A stretch of 64,000 bases of DNA from assembly GCA_010093815.1 (NCBI GenBank), contig ML996568.1; one strand, 5' to 3'. The first letter of the stretch is position 1; each line of letters starts with the position of its first letter. Source of the DNA: Pseudovirgaria hyperparasitica (Eukaryota). Positions 12,000-24,865 of the stretch are shown piece by piece. The translations under genes and the position numbers were made by a program. A model generated the notes under the pieces. That model was given only the letters and a program-made list of their open reading frames with translations, did not search any database and was not told the DNA's origin.

Positions 12000-14900
12000 T
12001 TAAGTCGAGTCGACTGAAAACAGTGCACCTCCGCCGTGAGCTTCGTGCTCTTCCGATGTTTCTACGAACATCGTTCCGTTACCGTCAACGCCACGTTCAG
12101 GATGAACGGTAATATTTGCTTGAATCAATGCAGTGTGCACGTGACTGCTCAAAGGCAACTCATATTTAAGGACGCCCCGTACAATGAGCTCGAAGGGGTA
12201 CTGAATAACATGCTCCCATCGATCTGTACCACCGGCTTCTGTTTTGTTGCCAGGTTTTGATAGACGCACTTCGCCCACAGATCGTCGTAAACGTTGCTGG
12301 AGTGCAGAGCCCTCAAAGTACAGGGGTGAATCGAATTCGAAAATGCGCCCAATGAACATGGTGGAGGGATCCAACTCAGGATCGTCAATCGGATCGGTCC
12401 CATCGTCTTTGTTCCCAAGTTTCTCCATGGTCTTGTTGAATGCCGAGTGAATTTTTCTTCGTTTGATTCTCGGGCTTATCCATGGTCCTTCATCCCCAAT
12501 TTGGCCATGCTCTCGCCACCACAGGCCGGATGGAACATGCTTGCTTTTCGCAAATACATTTACATCCATATCTGAGATGGCGATTGAGATTACGTTGGGA
12601 TTGATGGCCACGACGGAGAGGTCCATCATCAGTTCCTGCTCACTAGCGAGAACGTTCTCGATCTTTTCAAGTTTTACACTATAAAGCGGCTTCGTGGTTG
12701 CAAAGAGGAAACCGACTGCACCGGCTACCAACAGGACTAGCATGACAGTCATAACAATACAGCCAGCAAATCTACTGAGCCAACCACCTTCGTTGCGTTG
12801 ATATGGATCGTAATGACGCATTGGAACTCCGATTGGGCGTACGGATCGCATCGTGCGAGCGCTTCGTGGCCCACGCACCGTCCCGATAAGAGGGGTGGTT
12901 TCGTCATCTGCTGCTTCTCCAGCCATGTCGTACATGGAAAGCTCGCTGTTCTGCTTAGCTGCTCCATTCTGATAGCGCAATGAGTGGTTGGCCACTCTGG
13001 GGCTCGATGGCCTCGATATTTGCCGAGAGTTTCGGTCTTTGCTGGAGTGCGGGAACGGCGAGTCACTGTCGAATATAGAAGGCGGGCCTCTCCCGTGCCG
13101 GCCGATGTGATGATGGTGTATACTACTCCCGCCAGTAGTTCGACCTGTACCATGTCTGACAGTACCATCTCCTCGATCATGGAAATCATGATCAGGACTG
13201 TTCGGATTATATGTACTCGCAAACTTCATGCTCCTTTTGCTCGGAACTTGACGCTGATTGTCAAAAGCGTTGCCGATCGACCGCATGCTCTGTCTTTGAT
13301 CCGCCAAGCTCGCCATTGATGTTGCACTCGGTGTGCGTGAATGATGGAGCGGGCGTTGTTCTGCATCCGGCGGGTTTGACTCGTAGACAAAAGTCTCATC
13401 AGAGTCTGAGTCATCCGCTTCATCGACAGCACTGGCGACTTTGGCTTCGAATATGTCTGCTTTGGACGACGCTGTATTCGGCCTGGAGTTAGTGGTGGAT
13501 AAAATATACTTCGAAGACTTAAGAAATGTTCGATTAATAGCATCAGGGGTGCCTGGCTGTGATGACCACGAGGACCTGATTGATCCCATCGTATCGTAGC
13601 TGCTGGCAAGGGAGGGAGATGTGTACGACCGAACAGTTGTTTCGGGTCGCGTAACAGGATGGTGATGATGGTGGAAGGGGTTGCGAAAATTGAAATACAT
13701 ACCCGTGCCGGAATTCACAGAGGGGGCTTTGCGAGGAGGCTTCTTCCTCTCCTTCTTTGGGCGTATCGTCTCGTTACTCGGCTTCAAACGGAGACTTCCG
13801 GATGCCTCAGACCGTCCTTGGATGTTTCTGTCGATGGGTGCTCCGATAGTAGCTTGTGGGATCGATGGGACAGTCTCGGTTTCGACTGTCATGTTCTTAC
13901 TTTCGTTGACAGATCGTGATTTCGTTTGGGTTAATGACGTGAACGAGCTACGGTTGGAGAGACCAGACCGCGGCGTGGTGGCAGACTTTGGCTGTATGAC
14001 CTTGGCCTTGCCATTGTTTTTGTTCTCTCCACTTTCACTGCCACTCTCTACAGCTCTTGAAGATTTGCTGGTCAGATCTTCAGAAGTCTTGAAGGCCGCG
14101 CTCTCCTGTGTTGAGTTGTCTGTGTCTGGTTTGCTTGAACCTTGAGTGGTGACCCTGTAAAATGGTTAGAACTGGGGTTCTGCCAAACGTACACGGCAAG
14201 ATGAGCTACGTTTCTATGGAACGGTATATGGATGGCCCATAACCTAGAACTGTGTGGGAAGACTTTAACGCGCTGACACACCTCTGTGATTTTGCCAGCT
14301 CGAAGTCTGAATTGTTGGGCAGGCTTCCTTCTTGCACCGTCTCTAGGGTAGTCTTTGCGCCACTCACACCTCGGGCGGAGCCTTTCATAGTGATGGGGGC
14401 CTGGTCGTCCGAATCACTACTGGGAGCATCATTCTTTGCTGGTGCGCGTAGCGACGGGGCCACGGCCGATGACGATGATGATGGCGGTGTTGAGCTCTGG
14501 ACGACGATGTTGGGTGTCGCCAAGGTTTCCGACTTGCGCTGGTAGGTATCTTTGGTTGCCTGGGCTGTCTGCTGCGAACGACTGTTGAGAGAGTTCTTCC
14601 GTGAACGTGATGTGGATGGTGGTGGGGACTTTATCCTAGGTGACACAGGCCAGCGCGGTGTACCTTCTCCTGGTATAAATTCTGATTTCTGCAATCGCGA
14701 TGTCTTTGAATCATGTGTTTGCCCAGCTGCTAGTTGCGGCGTATTCGTGGACGATAGGACACGTTGAACAGCTGCAGCTGAAGGGACAGTACCACTTGAG
14801 GTTTGCACAAGCGGCGGACGTGTCGGGCTCATATCTTGGCTATGCGTCCTCGATCGCCTCGGCGCCGAGGGTCCTGCAGGCATATGTGTAGTCTTGCTGT

Positions 14901-15159
14901 TATGTCGTGCGGGTGAGGAATCGCGTGAGGAGAGTGGAGAGGCGGAGGTCGAGGCAGCGTTCGCCACGTTCAAAGCTCGCAAGACGCTCGATGGTCGTGC
15001 AGCCGCAACGTTACCATTTTCGTAGGCGGTCGAAGGCGCAATGGATTGTTTTGGAGTAGTGGAGCCTGAAGAGGCCGTAGAGACAGAGGGCGGGCTTTCG
15101 TCGGTGATGGAGCACAGTTCTAGAGGGCGAGGTGGTGATGAGTCGTCTTGGTCAGCCAT
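12000..15159 (-). CDS. VAC7: Vacuolar segregation protein Vac7 (Fab1 activator)
   Basis: Two exons (15159-~14282 and 14154-12000) joined in frame by an intron GTGTGT..CTAAC..CAG. Motifs DSDETFVYESNPP, a single TM helix, NVLASEQELM, NPN, GRIFEFDSPL and PFELIVRGVLKY. Confidence 0.88.
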
Positions 15160-17205
15160 GGTTATGACGAATGGGGATCTGGCATTGGAGACAGGATTGA
15201 CTTCATGACAGTACCGACGACGTGGAATGCTGGATGGATGGAGGGATGGATGGATGCAGGTGTATGATGCAGGTGAAAGGTCGTGTATGTGTTGTCAAGG
15301 TAAAGAGTCGCACGCACTGGACGTTCAGCGCTCAAGCCTAGCAACACACGCGGCAGGTTTCAACTGGCTTGGCCCGGTCAGCATGAGCGTCAGCGGCCGA
15401 TGTTGGATGTGTAGCCGGCCGCAATGCTTCCTTTCGTGGAGTTTGACAAGATGAGAGTTTTCGGGAATTGAAGAAGGAGGATTGCAGTGAAAGTTGCAAG
15501 ATATCAGCTCAGTGAGAGGTTATGGATGGATGTGTTGAGTGGTAATAGATGGAATGGATCCATAACGTCGTCATTTGGTGAGAGGGACGACTGCTCCACA
15601 ACCCTGCCTGGCAGCTGGAACCAACTAATAATAATACCAAACCACTTGGAGTGCCGGAATTCAAATTGCTTTTTTCTCTAATTACGTTCGCACTTACACA
15701 TCATTATTACTATCACTGCTCTACCACATGCCTGCGCTCGCTCTAGGTCTGCTAATTTAGGTCAGGTACAAGCTCGCGCCCGGCTTTGTTGTTGCGATGA
15801 ACGACCGGGACATTCGGGACAACCGTTGAACTATTGCTGTAAAATGTGATATATCGCATACCAAAGTCCAACACCCTTCTGTAACTCGGCCCCTACAAAA
15901 AGACAAACAGCACAAGCTAATTATTAATTACGTCTACCTTAGAGCCGCGATGCCGAACCTAGGCATGGTCTGTCCAGATACGACGGCGTCATCACCTCGG
16001 CTTTCCCATTCGATACACTCTACCTAGCAGTTAATTGGAAGTACGCCCGCCCTGTTGTGCCTGCCTGTGCATCTACTGATTGGCCACGTCAAATGAACAT
16101 GGCCGCACCGAACAAGCCATGCAGTAATATATACGTAGATACATTGTTCTGTGGCTTCACACTAGGCATGCTTCCAGAATTCTACCCGAACCTCCTCATA
16201 TAAACAAAGGAGCTTTGACCGGATTGGAATGGGTCAATTCTCTTCCGTTCTAGTTATCCTAGTCGTGACCTCGTCCTTTTAGTACCACACCGTTGCATGG
16301 TGAGCATTATATGGGCAGATACTTCAGTCCAGGCTGCCGTGTCATCGCTTCCATTTTGCTTAGAGACATGTTGATCTACATCGTCATTCGATTCTAGCAT
16401 CACAAGCATACATCTCCCAGAGGGGCCACGAGCAATGATGATTAGAGTGCAGATGGTTCCGAATATATCATCCAAAGAAACTTAATCTTCCAGAATCTAT
16501 CGATTGATCATACAGGAAGTGCTCATCCACGTAGTCGGAGAACACTGATTGCACAGATGTCGGTTGCTTCTGGAAGTGCGGTTCGCAAGAGCTTTTGATG
16601 AGAGAGTATACAGTATTAATTATCTACACGCAGTCTAAACTAAAACATATTCTACGGAGCCAGCATACTCTCAGTTCGTTCAAGGACCCTACGAAGTTGG
16701 TCATGTGGCCAACGTCCAGTCCCATTATATATGCTCTGTATTATGATCGTAATAAAGCATCAAGCAAAAGCCGCCCAAAGCATGGCCAAGCCATGCCTTT
16801 CTTCCCGTGGCCATCGACATAACACTCCTCACCTAACCAACGGCCCAACGCCACAAAACGGCACACGCTCAATATACACCACAAACACGACGCCTCGAGA
16901 ACAAGACATATCTACGGCGCCATCACACGATACCACAACTCCAGAATTAGACAAGAGCGAGACGGATGGCAGGCAGAGAAAGAAGCGCAGTGTCTATAAC
17001 ACCAATTCGTCATGGCTGGAGCACCAGCTGTCAAGTGGGTAAATACTAAAGTCATTACTATGCATGCATGATCGCACTGCCTATCACTGATCATTGAACC
17101 GTGGTACATGTAATTTCCCACGAGGGACTCTATCGTCTAGTCAAACCAGTTTAGTCTATCCAAGCACTCTTCTTCCTTCACCCCTCGCCATCAATCGCCA
17201 TCAAT

Positions 17206-18309
17206 CTAGAGCAAAGTATCTCCCAACGCACAGCGCACCAGACTGCACCCGGCCCGGATTGTGTCTCCGGCACCCACCTCGTCTAGACTTGGATTGACCT
17301 CAACCAAGTCCATGGCGACGAGCGCGCCTGTCTCAGCGACACACTCGGCGATAAAATCCCCCTCACGAAGAGTCAAGCCGCCACGCACCGGGGTTCCTGT
17401 CGAAGGCGCCCACATTGGGTCCAGTGCGTCGACGTCAAAGGACAGATGAATAGGCGTGTCGGGCCCAATATGCTCCAGCGTCATGTCCATGATGGCGCCA
17501 ATCCCGTGCCTGCAGCATTGTCAGTACGCTTCCCAACCAGAAAAAACATATATAAGTAAAGACCCCGAGCAAGCACGCACCGATCGATATCGTGCATCGT
17601 GAAGCACTTGACCTTGTTCTCGCGCAGAATCCGCTTCTCGCCCACATCCAGGTCCCGCAGCCCAATGTAGACAATCTTGCTCACGCCGATGCGATGCGAG
17701 TCCTCAATCCAGCCAAACACATCCTCGCGCGTCTCACGCGCCAGGCCCGTCAGAAACGCAACCGGCATGCCGTGGATGTTGCCGCTACCCGACGTCTCGG
17801 GTGTGTTGATGTCTGCATGTGCATCCACCCACACGACAGCAATCTCCTTGCCTAATCGCTCGCGCACCGCCTTTGCGCTGCCGCTGATGGTGCCAATGGC
17901 GATGCTGTGGTCACCGCCAAGCGTAAGGGCGAAGCGACCAGCGCGCGCGTGCGCGTAGACTTGCTCGCTGATCTGACGTGTGACGGCAGAGACGGTCTTG
18001 GGACGCTTCATACCACGCACGTCCGGATCGTCTGGGTGTGCGGCATAGACGTCGGCGTACGAGGCGACGGTGCCATCAAAGGTGACGTTCAGCGCAAGAT
18101 CGTTTTCGAGTTGTGTGAGGAGGCCTGCATCGATGAGGGCTGTAGGGCCGGCTTCGACGCCTGGTTTGGGCTATGGTTAAAATCAGTATACGACGACTAG
18201 GAGTGGAGACAGAGTAAGGTACTTGGCCGCCAGAGAAACCGACTGCGACGACACCGAGGCCATCGCGGGAGGGAAGGAATTTCGGGGTAATGAAAGGTGC
18301 AGAAGTCAT
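17206..18309 (-). CDS. CAR1: Arginase
   Basis: GFSGGQ, LGGDHSIA, WVDAHADIN, SGNIHGMP, SFDVDALDP and STGTPVRGG Mn-binding ureohydrolase motifs; two introns. Confidence 0.97.
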
Positions 18310-19820
18310 TCTGAGAGGGGGAGGGCGGTGAAGTGGGGTGGGAGTAAGAGTATATGTATGTATGTAGATAGATAGCGAACGAGCAAACGAGAGAACGAGC
18401 AGGCAAGGTCAGGGTCCTAGGTTGGAGTAGAGTTTAAGAGTTTGGAACGGAGGTCCCTGATGACGCAGGGAAAACACCGGAAGATGGAGCGACACGAGAT
18501 AGGAGAATATGGACGGAGAAACGCGATGTAAGAAGATGGAAGAGATCAGATAAATGAGAAAGAATACGAGTTTGAGTCTAGCGAGGAATACGAGTGATTG
18601 CTGAAGGTAGATAGATTGCTCCTGGTCTTGTCGTCGAACTGATGTGGTTTGTAGACAGGAAGCACCTCATATATTATTAAAACCTCTCACATACATATAC
18701 ACATGAGGGACCACGCAAACGATTTAAATAATCAGGCGGCCGCCTTTGCTCGACCAAAGTTGCCATTATCCGAGTTTACGTAAGGATCTGACATCGGGCG
18801 GACAGATGATACGTGAAACAGACAGGATAGACAGCTGAATTGATCGGATAGTGGACAAGAGGAGACATCGATATTAGTAGATTCGCCTTATCCTGCACTT
18901 AGGGGAAGGAGCGGTGGAAGACGAGAGACGAGAGACGAGTTTTGATCGTTAAAGGCAGGTTCGACCGTTGACCTGGGGCTTGAATCGGTTTTATCTGTGC
19001 CTGCCCAAGCGATGCGCCTTGTGCCGCGGAAGGTGCGGAACGGCGTGGAATACATACAATAATTACAGTAAGCGGAATAGAGCGGCCTGGGACTCGGGGG
19101 CGTTCTTGCTTGTGCCGTACTGGGCCGCTCCACAAACAACAACAATAACATCTGCTATACACACTTCGCCGTATCACACCCGGACAGCATAACAGCAGAC
19201 ACGTCTGTCTACATAACACATCTCCACCTTCGCTCCATGCCATATCCCCTCCCTACCTGTCTGTCCGCATCGCATTATCGATAGATACCATACTACTCCA
19301 TCTCGCATATCGCATCTACCTCACACATCTCTCCGTCGCGCATAACACATAACGCATTCCTCCCCTGCATTTCCGCCCTCGAGAAATGTACATAGTGACA
19401 ATTACCCCATCAGCCACGTATAAGCTGGCATCCTAATTTTAGAAAGAACCCCCTCCCTTTGCACACCGCCCGCCAGGGAAAAGGCGCCTCAGAGTTTAAA
19501 AATCATACAGTAATTACAGACAGCGTAATAAGTGGGACGACAGTATACCGCCACAAAAACGCCACATCAACATCCACCAGCTCCATATAAACCCCGCCAT
19601 GATAAATACACACAGTCCATATAATTATCCATATAAAAAAAAGGAACCCAGAACCCGCATGTCTGCGTCCAGAGAGCAGCGCTACGGAATATTCATAGTA
19701 CGAATGCACAATGTAATGCACATGCAATGCAGACGCGTATCTGCATGCACGTCATCCTACACATACATGATACAGTACACATATACACATCCCACACAAC
19801 CTCACTCATATCCATCCATC

Positions 19821-19855
19821 CATACATACATACATACATACATACATACATACAT
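19821..19855 (+). repeat. (CATA)n microsatellite, ~8.5 copies
   Basis: Direct reading. Confidence 0.95.
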
Positions 19856-19889
19856 CTATATCCACATAGCTATAACCTGTTATCCTATC

Positions 19890-19913
19890 CACACACACAC
19901 ACACACACACACA
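19890..19913 (+). repeat. (CA)n microsatellite, ~12 copies
   Basis: Direct reading. Confidence 0.95.
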
Positions 19914-20117
19914 TACATTCCTATATGCACATCATCATCATGCACATGCACCATCTACATCTCTCCGACACAACGATCTGAATGCAAACAATCCGATAGG
20001 CTCAAACATACATCTCCAGCCTCTCTCCCCACTCCAGCCTCACTCACACGCGGCCCTCAAGCCCCCTGTATCCTCACCCTCTCACAACCTTCCCCAGACA
20101 CCGTCGCAGCCGCCGCA

Positions 20118-20159
20118 TGGCATTGGCATTGGCATTGGCATTGGCATTGGCATTGGCAT
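20118..20159 (+). repeat. (TGGCAT)7 microsatellite
   Basis: Seven perfect hexamer copies. Confidence 0.95.
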
Positions 20160-21129
20160 CGCAGTCGCATTGCATGGCATGGCGTTGCATACACTCCTAG
20201 ATCCGATCTCTTGCATCGCATCATTATCATCGCCATTCCGCCCAGCCCGATTGGAAATACACCTGCTTGCTTGGATTTACGCTACCATTTCAACCATGGC
20301 GTTTTGTTCCGGTTGGATGATTGAGAATCCTGCCTGCTTGTGTGCGTCACACCATGCGAACGGCCGCTGCAGGGCGCGTGTCAAGCATGCATATGTATCC
20401 TTGGTCTTGTCGACTGCCATGTCCGATCCACGTCCGTTGCGTGTCGACTTGACAGGACGCCATGCTTGGCTCATTGACTAACACGGCCCGGTGCAGCAGG
20501 TACGTGTGCGTTGGATGCGGACGACTACCTGACCTGACGTGAACAGCGTGAGCACCAATAGTGGTCAAGTGTAGTAAATCTTATGTGTTTCATTTTTTTC
20601 GACTCGACTACATTGCATCGCCTTGAGCGACCCAATTGCCAACCCTCCAAGGAGTCTCTTAGCAAGCCCTCGTTGCTTTGTGCTCCGCCGTCCGTCGACG
20701 ACGCCTCGCCCTCCTTGCTGCATATACTAATTCACAATTGACTCATACCATGTTCGCTTCCCGTGATCCTCGTGTTGCCCGGGCCAGGCATACAACATCA
20801 CCCTCGAGGCTGTGGAAGCGTAAAAGGCATGTTGATATGAACAATGAAGTTAAAAAAAAAAGGACAAGAACAAGAACCAGAAGTACAAACATGTCAAAGC
20901 AGCCACCAGGTCGTAGTAGAACAGAACGAGATAACATAAAGGACCTTTTTGTTTTCCCGTGAGAGATGACCGGATTTGCGCCTGGACGTGTGGAAGAAAA
21001 TATGCCGTAGGCGTGGCCTCCGCCAGCCTTTCTCATCTAATGTCGTTGTAGTAAAGAGCCGGACACGCGCGTGCGTGCATAGAATGAAAATCGTATATAT
21101 CGTGCAATTCAGGATAAGTCGACGACCAA

Positions 21130-22656
21130 TTATGCGCCTGCGTGGCTGTTCTGCTTAACGCCTTCGTCGTAGCGCTGTCGAGCGCGTCGCATTTCTTCAG
21201 GATCGAATGCCGAGGCATCGCTATTCTGTCGAGATCCACCATTCGAGTTGGAACCACTGCTTGCTTGCCTAATATGGCTGAGTGCGCTAGCTGACTTCAT
21301 CTTCTTCACTCCCCGTAGCCTGTCTTGCTGTGGACTGATGGGTCTCTCGCTTCTTAGGCTCTCTGGTGTGCCAACACGTGGGCGAATCTCCTCAACCTCC
21401 ATACGGTTGCGGGACTTTGAGCGCATACGCTTGAACTCTCGCGTAATCTTCTCAATGGTCGATAGACCTTTCAACGGTTGTTCCATGGATTTGTAGTCCC
21501 CAGTGATAGAGCCGCCGATGCTCGGAGCCGCCGATACCTTGGACCGATCTGAGCCAAAACTGACACCCGAATCAGTCTTACGACCCCCACGCTTGGCAGC
21601 CTCATCAACGAAAGGCTCAATTGATATGTCCACGCAGTCATCAATCATATTCTTAGCAATTAAGAGGTACTTCTCAAGAGCTCTGACAACCTCAGCCCAT
21701 CCATTGAGATCCTGCTCCTTCTTTTGGTGCATCTGGAGCGGCTTCAAAACAGCCTTGCCATGTTTGCTGACTTTATTGATGTACTGGAAGAATGACTCGC
21801 GTTGTGACATAAGGACTTCGGGCTTCAGCAGACTTGTCGGTTGTTTTCTTGGTGGGATTGGAGGGAAGATTGTGTTCAGCATAGCATGGCAGTTGTTCTT
21901 GTGGAATGGCTCGAGGCACATTTCGTTAATTAAGACCTATGCGTTGGTTAGTAAGGTTCATGGACGGTGCATAACAGAGTGGTGATACAAACTTACCCAT
22001 CGACGAAGGCCGAGATAAACCGCAGTGTATACACTGTCAAGTTTTCGTTCCTTGGCTTCGGCGTTCTTAACCCATTGGGCTACACCGGGATATTGACTGA
22101 ATACACGCTCTCTGTCTGTCTCCTCGCCATCTAAACTTGCTTCTATGCCGAGCTTTGCAAATGCTGCGCGAACTTCCTTCTTTCTCCTGTTCTCGAGATC
22201 GTTCAGGTAATCCAATGCGGCTAGAGCCTGGGGAAAGTCGACCATGGTCAACTCTGGGTGAAAGCAGCGGCGCACGAATGAGATGATAAAGCTTGGCGGT
22301 AGAGAGCACGGCTGTGCAGGAAGCTTGGCAATGTGAGACATAAGAGCTGAGCTGAACTGCGTGGTATTGGCTACGGGCGAATTTGACGAAGCGTTTGAGG
22401 AGTCGCTTTCGTACGACGAAGTTGTCGATCGATTCGGTCCATGGGTCCGTGGAGCACTGTTGAGAGTGTACATGGTACGGAGAGATATCTCGTACGTGCC
22501 TGGATATGACAGGACGTGTTCGAGAATCATCGGGTAGGCTGAGGTTCCATTTGAGCTTGTTGTACCAGTTGAGTCAGCGGATGCGTTGCGAGAATGCGGT
22601 ACATCTCTGGACATGCTGGACCAGTCGTCAAGAATCTGGACGGTTTGCAGTTCCAT
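21130..22656 (-). CDS. Fungal hypothetical protein (~490 aa), two exons
   Basis: Exon 22656-~21997 and exon ~21936-21130 are joined by a GTAAGT..CTAAC..TAG intron (GLRRW|VLINEMC). Globular-looking blocks ILEHVLSYPGTYEISLRTMY and SLPPSFIISFVRRCF..DFPQALAALDYL; low-complexity tail. Confidence 0.85.
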
Positions 22657-23181
22657 TGCTGGCAGTTGTGGTGTGTAGGTGTTGATTGGGCGTGAAGTTG
22701 ATGTGGGAGAGAAATCTTCGTGGGGTGTTTATTGTCAACAATGGATTTTTTTACGTCAGGGTCCAGCGTGGAGATGCCAGGCCAACGGTGAGGCAGTAGT
22801 CAACCAGAGAAGGGTGAGAAGGTGTGAGAGATCAAGATCGAGACTGCACGGCGTATAGAACGGATATTGTAGATCTTTTTTAATTGTCTCGCCAGGCCAG
22901 GACAGGAATGTAGGGAGGCGATGATCAAGCAAGCAAGGCGATGCTGGAAATAGCAAGCTTCTAAAGAACACCTGGAAGTGCCCTTGAGTGATATAAAGAG
23001 CAGTCTGAGGCTCGACTGGAAACTGAAGGATGGAAGGGCACAAGATGACGAAACCAGCAGGCCGAGAAAAGGTGGTCGCCACAGAAGCGATAGAAAGAAA
23101 GATGTGTGAAGAAAGGCAGTCGGCAACGGAAGCTCGACAGCAAGAAAAAGACAAACCGAGTGATTGAGGCAAGGGATTGCA

Positions 23182-23207
23182 AGAGAGAGAGAGAGAGAGA
23201 GAGAGAG
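23182..23207 (+). repeat. (AG)13 microsatellite in the probable 5' leader of the 22656 gene
   Basis: Direct reading. Confidence 0.95.
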
Positions 23208-23528
23208 GTGAGAGAGATGATGATGACGATTGATTGTTGAAGGGAGGAATCGTTACAGTCGACACCAACAAAAAAGGCGTGAAGTGAGGGTGAGGGCACA
23301 CAGATAGACTCGGGATGGCCGTAGGAAGGAAGGGGACGTAGGAAGAAGGGGGGGGAGGGGGGGTGTAGTGACCCAGGGAGAGAGAGTATTGAGGAGGTAT
23401 ATTAAAATGGCAAGTTTCAAAGTGTTTTTCTTTGTTTCTGCGACTAAAAACCAGAGAGTGAATATTCGGCGATGGTCCCTTGGGCGCAGCGCTGGGAAGA
23501 CGCCGACGGGAAAGCCCTGGAGAGAACC

Positions 23529-23580
23529 CCACACAGGCCACACACGGGCCACACTAAGACCACACACGGGCCACATACAT
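23529..23580 (+). repeat. Degenerate ~11-bp tandem repeat (CCACACACGGG-like, ~5 copies)
   Basis: ccacacagg/ccacacacggg/ccacactaaga/ccacacacggg/ccacatacat. Confidence 0.7.
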
Positions 23581-24785
23581 ACACACACAGGCCCAGGCCA
23601 AGCTAGCCAAGCCGATTCCGGTAAGACCGCTGGGGGGGACGAGCTTCCACACTGCCGGAGAACGCTGGCTTTGCTTTGCCTGGGAATTTATGCGCTATCC
23701 CTGCACTTGATGAGTCTGGCTGCATAACAACTAACTGTCGACTATTCTCCTGAGTCCTGACCACAGAACGCTATCATCCATCATGTCTTTGGGACCAAGG
23801 AGTAGGGTGAGCAAAAGCAGGAGATGGAGGACTGAGACACTGTCACACCCATCAAGGGCTCCATGCGCCTCCCCCTCTTTTTCTTTCCCTCTCCCTCTCT
23901 CTCCCTCCCCCTGGATGCAGTTGGATGCAGTTCAGGCATCCCGTGTGCGGTGCGGTGCTGCGAGATCAACAGACGACGATGACAGTCGTGACAGACAGAC
24001 AGATAGTCAGTCAATCAATAATACCTAGTAGTAGCACACGGCATCGCTGAACTACACCACATGTGCGACCGTGAAGCGTGGGACGCATGCGACGCGTTGT
24101 CAGTGGTCACTGTGCTTAATCTGGGCACGCCGTTGAATGGCCTGAAACGTTCGCTCGTTGTGATAGGACGGCGGCAGCATGCCATGTGCATCCATGGATA
24201 GATAGCACTATGATTCCACAGCAACTCACGTGTAATTAATCATTCTAATGTCTTCTACTCACTACTTAGTAGAACATCCTTCAGCCATCAGCACATACTA
24301 GCTTCATAGCTCGGCCATGTCGTTCGGCGAGGCTTCCAGCTGGTCACTACAATCCATTGACCAGTCATCGTAGACTTGATGCACTTCTTCCTTTGCCCGA
24401 ACACCCTTCCCGTTCAATGTCATTATTTATGCTTTAATTCGACAAGTCATCACTGCCGCTTGCAACTACTGCGTCTGGAGAAGGTCGGGTCAGAGGTCTG
24501 CCGAACCATGCAGCATTCACGTTCCCATCACATCTCTCCCCAGGTCGCCTAACCAGTGCCAACCCTTTCCCCCTCCCTTTAGAGTCCATAATAGCTCATC
24601 GGGACCGACTATCCCAGCCTGTAAGAGTCGTGCGTTTTGTTTTTTACTACATGGTGCCACCAATCAACACTTCTTCCGGAAGCGACTTTCCACCCGCTCC
24701 CTCATAAACTGCCCTAATTCTCTCATCAATGGCCTTGACTCGTCTCAACCAGAAGGTTTAACCATAAACTGTCTTGGTCTTTTAT

Positions 24786-24865
24786 CACAGCATGGAATCA
24801 GCATTTACGGCATAGAGTCAGTGTCCACGGCAGAGAATCAACAGTCACGGCATAGAGTTAGCATA
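24786..24865 (+). repeat. 20-bp-period degenerate minisatellite, 4 copies
   Basis: cacagcatggaatcagcatt / tacggcatagagtcagtgtc / cacggcagagaatcaacagt / cacggcatagagttagcata. Confidence 0.85.

Noticed and set aside
19599..20324. 241-aa His/Thr/Trp-rich ORF
   Set aside because: Produced by stop-free microsatellites.
22750..22764. CCC-TGA-C resembling a fungal antizyme +1 frameshift site
   Set aside because: The +1 frame does not join the downstream CDS and the protein is not antizyme-like.
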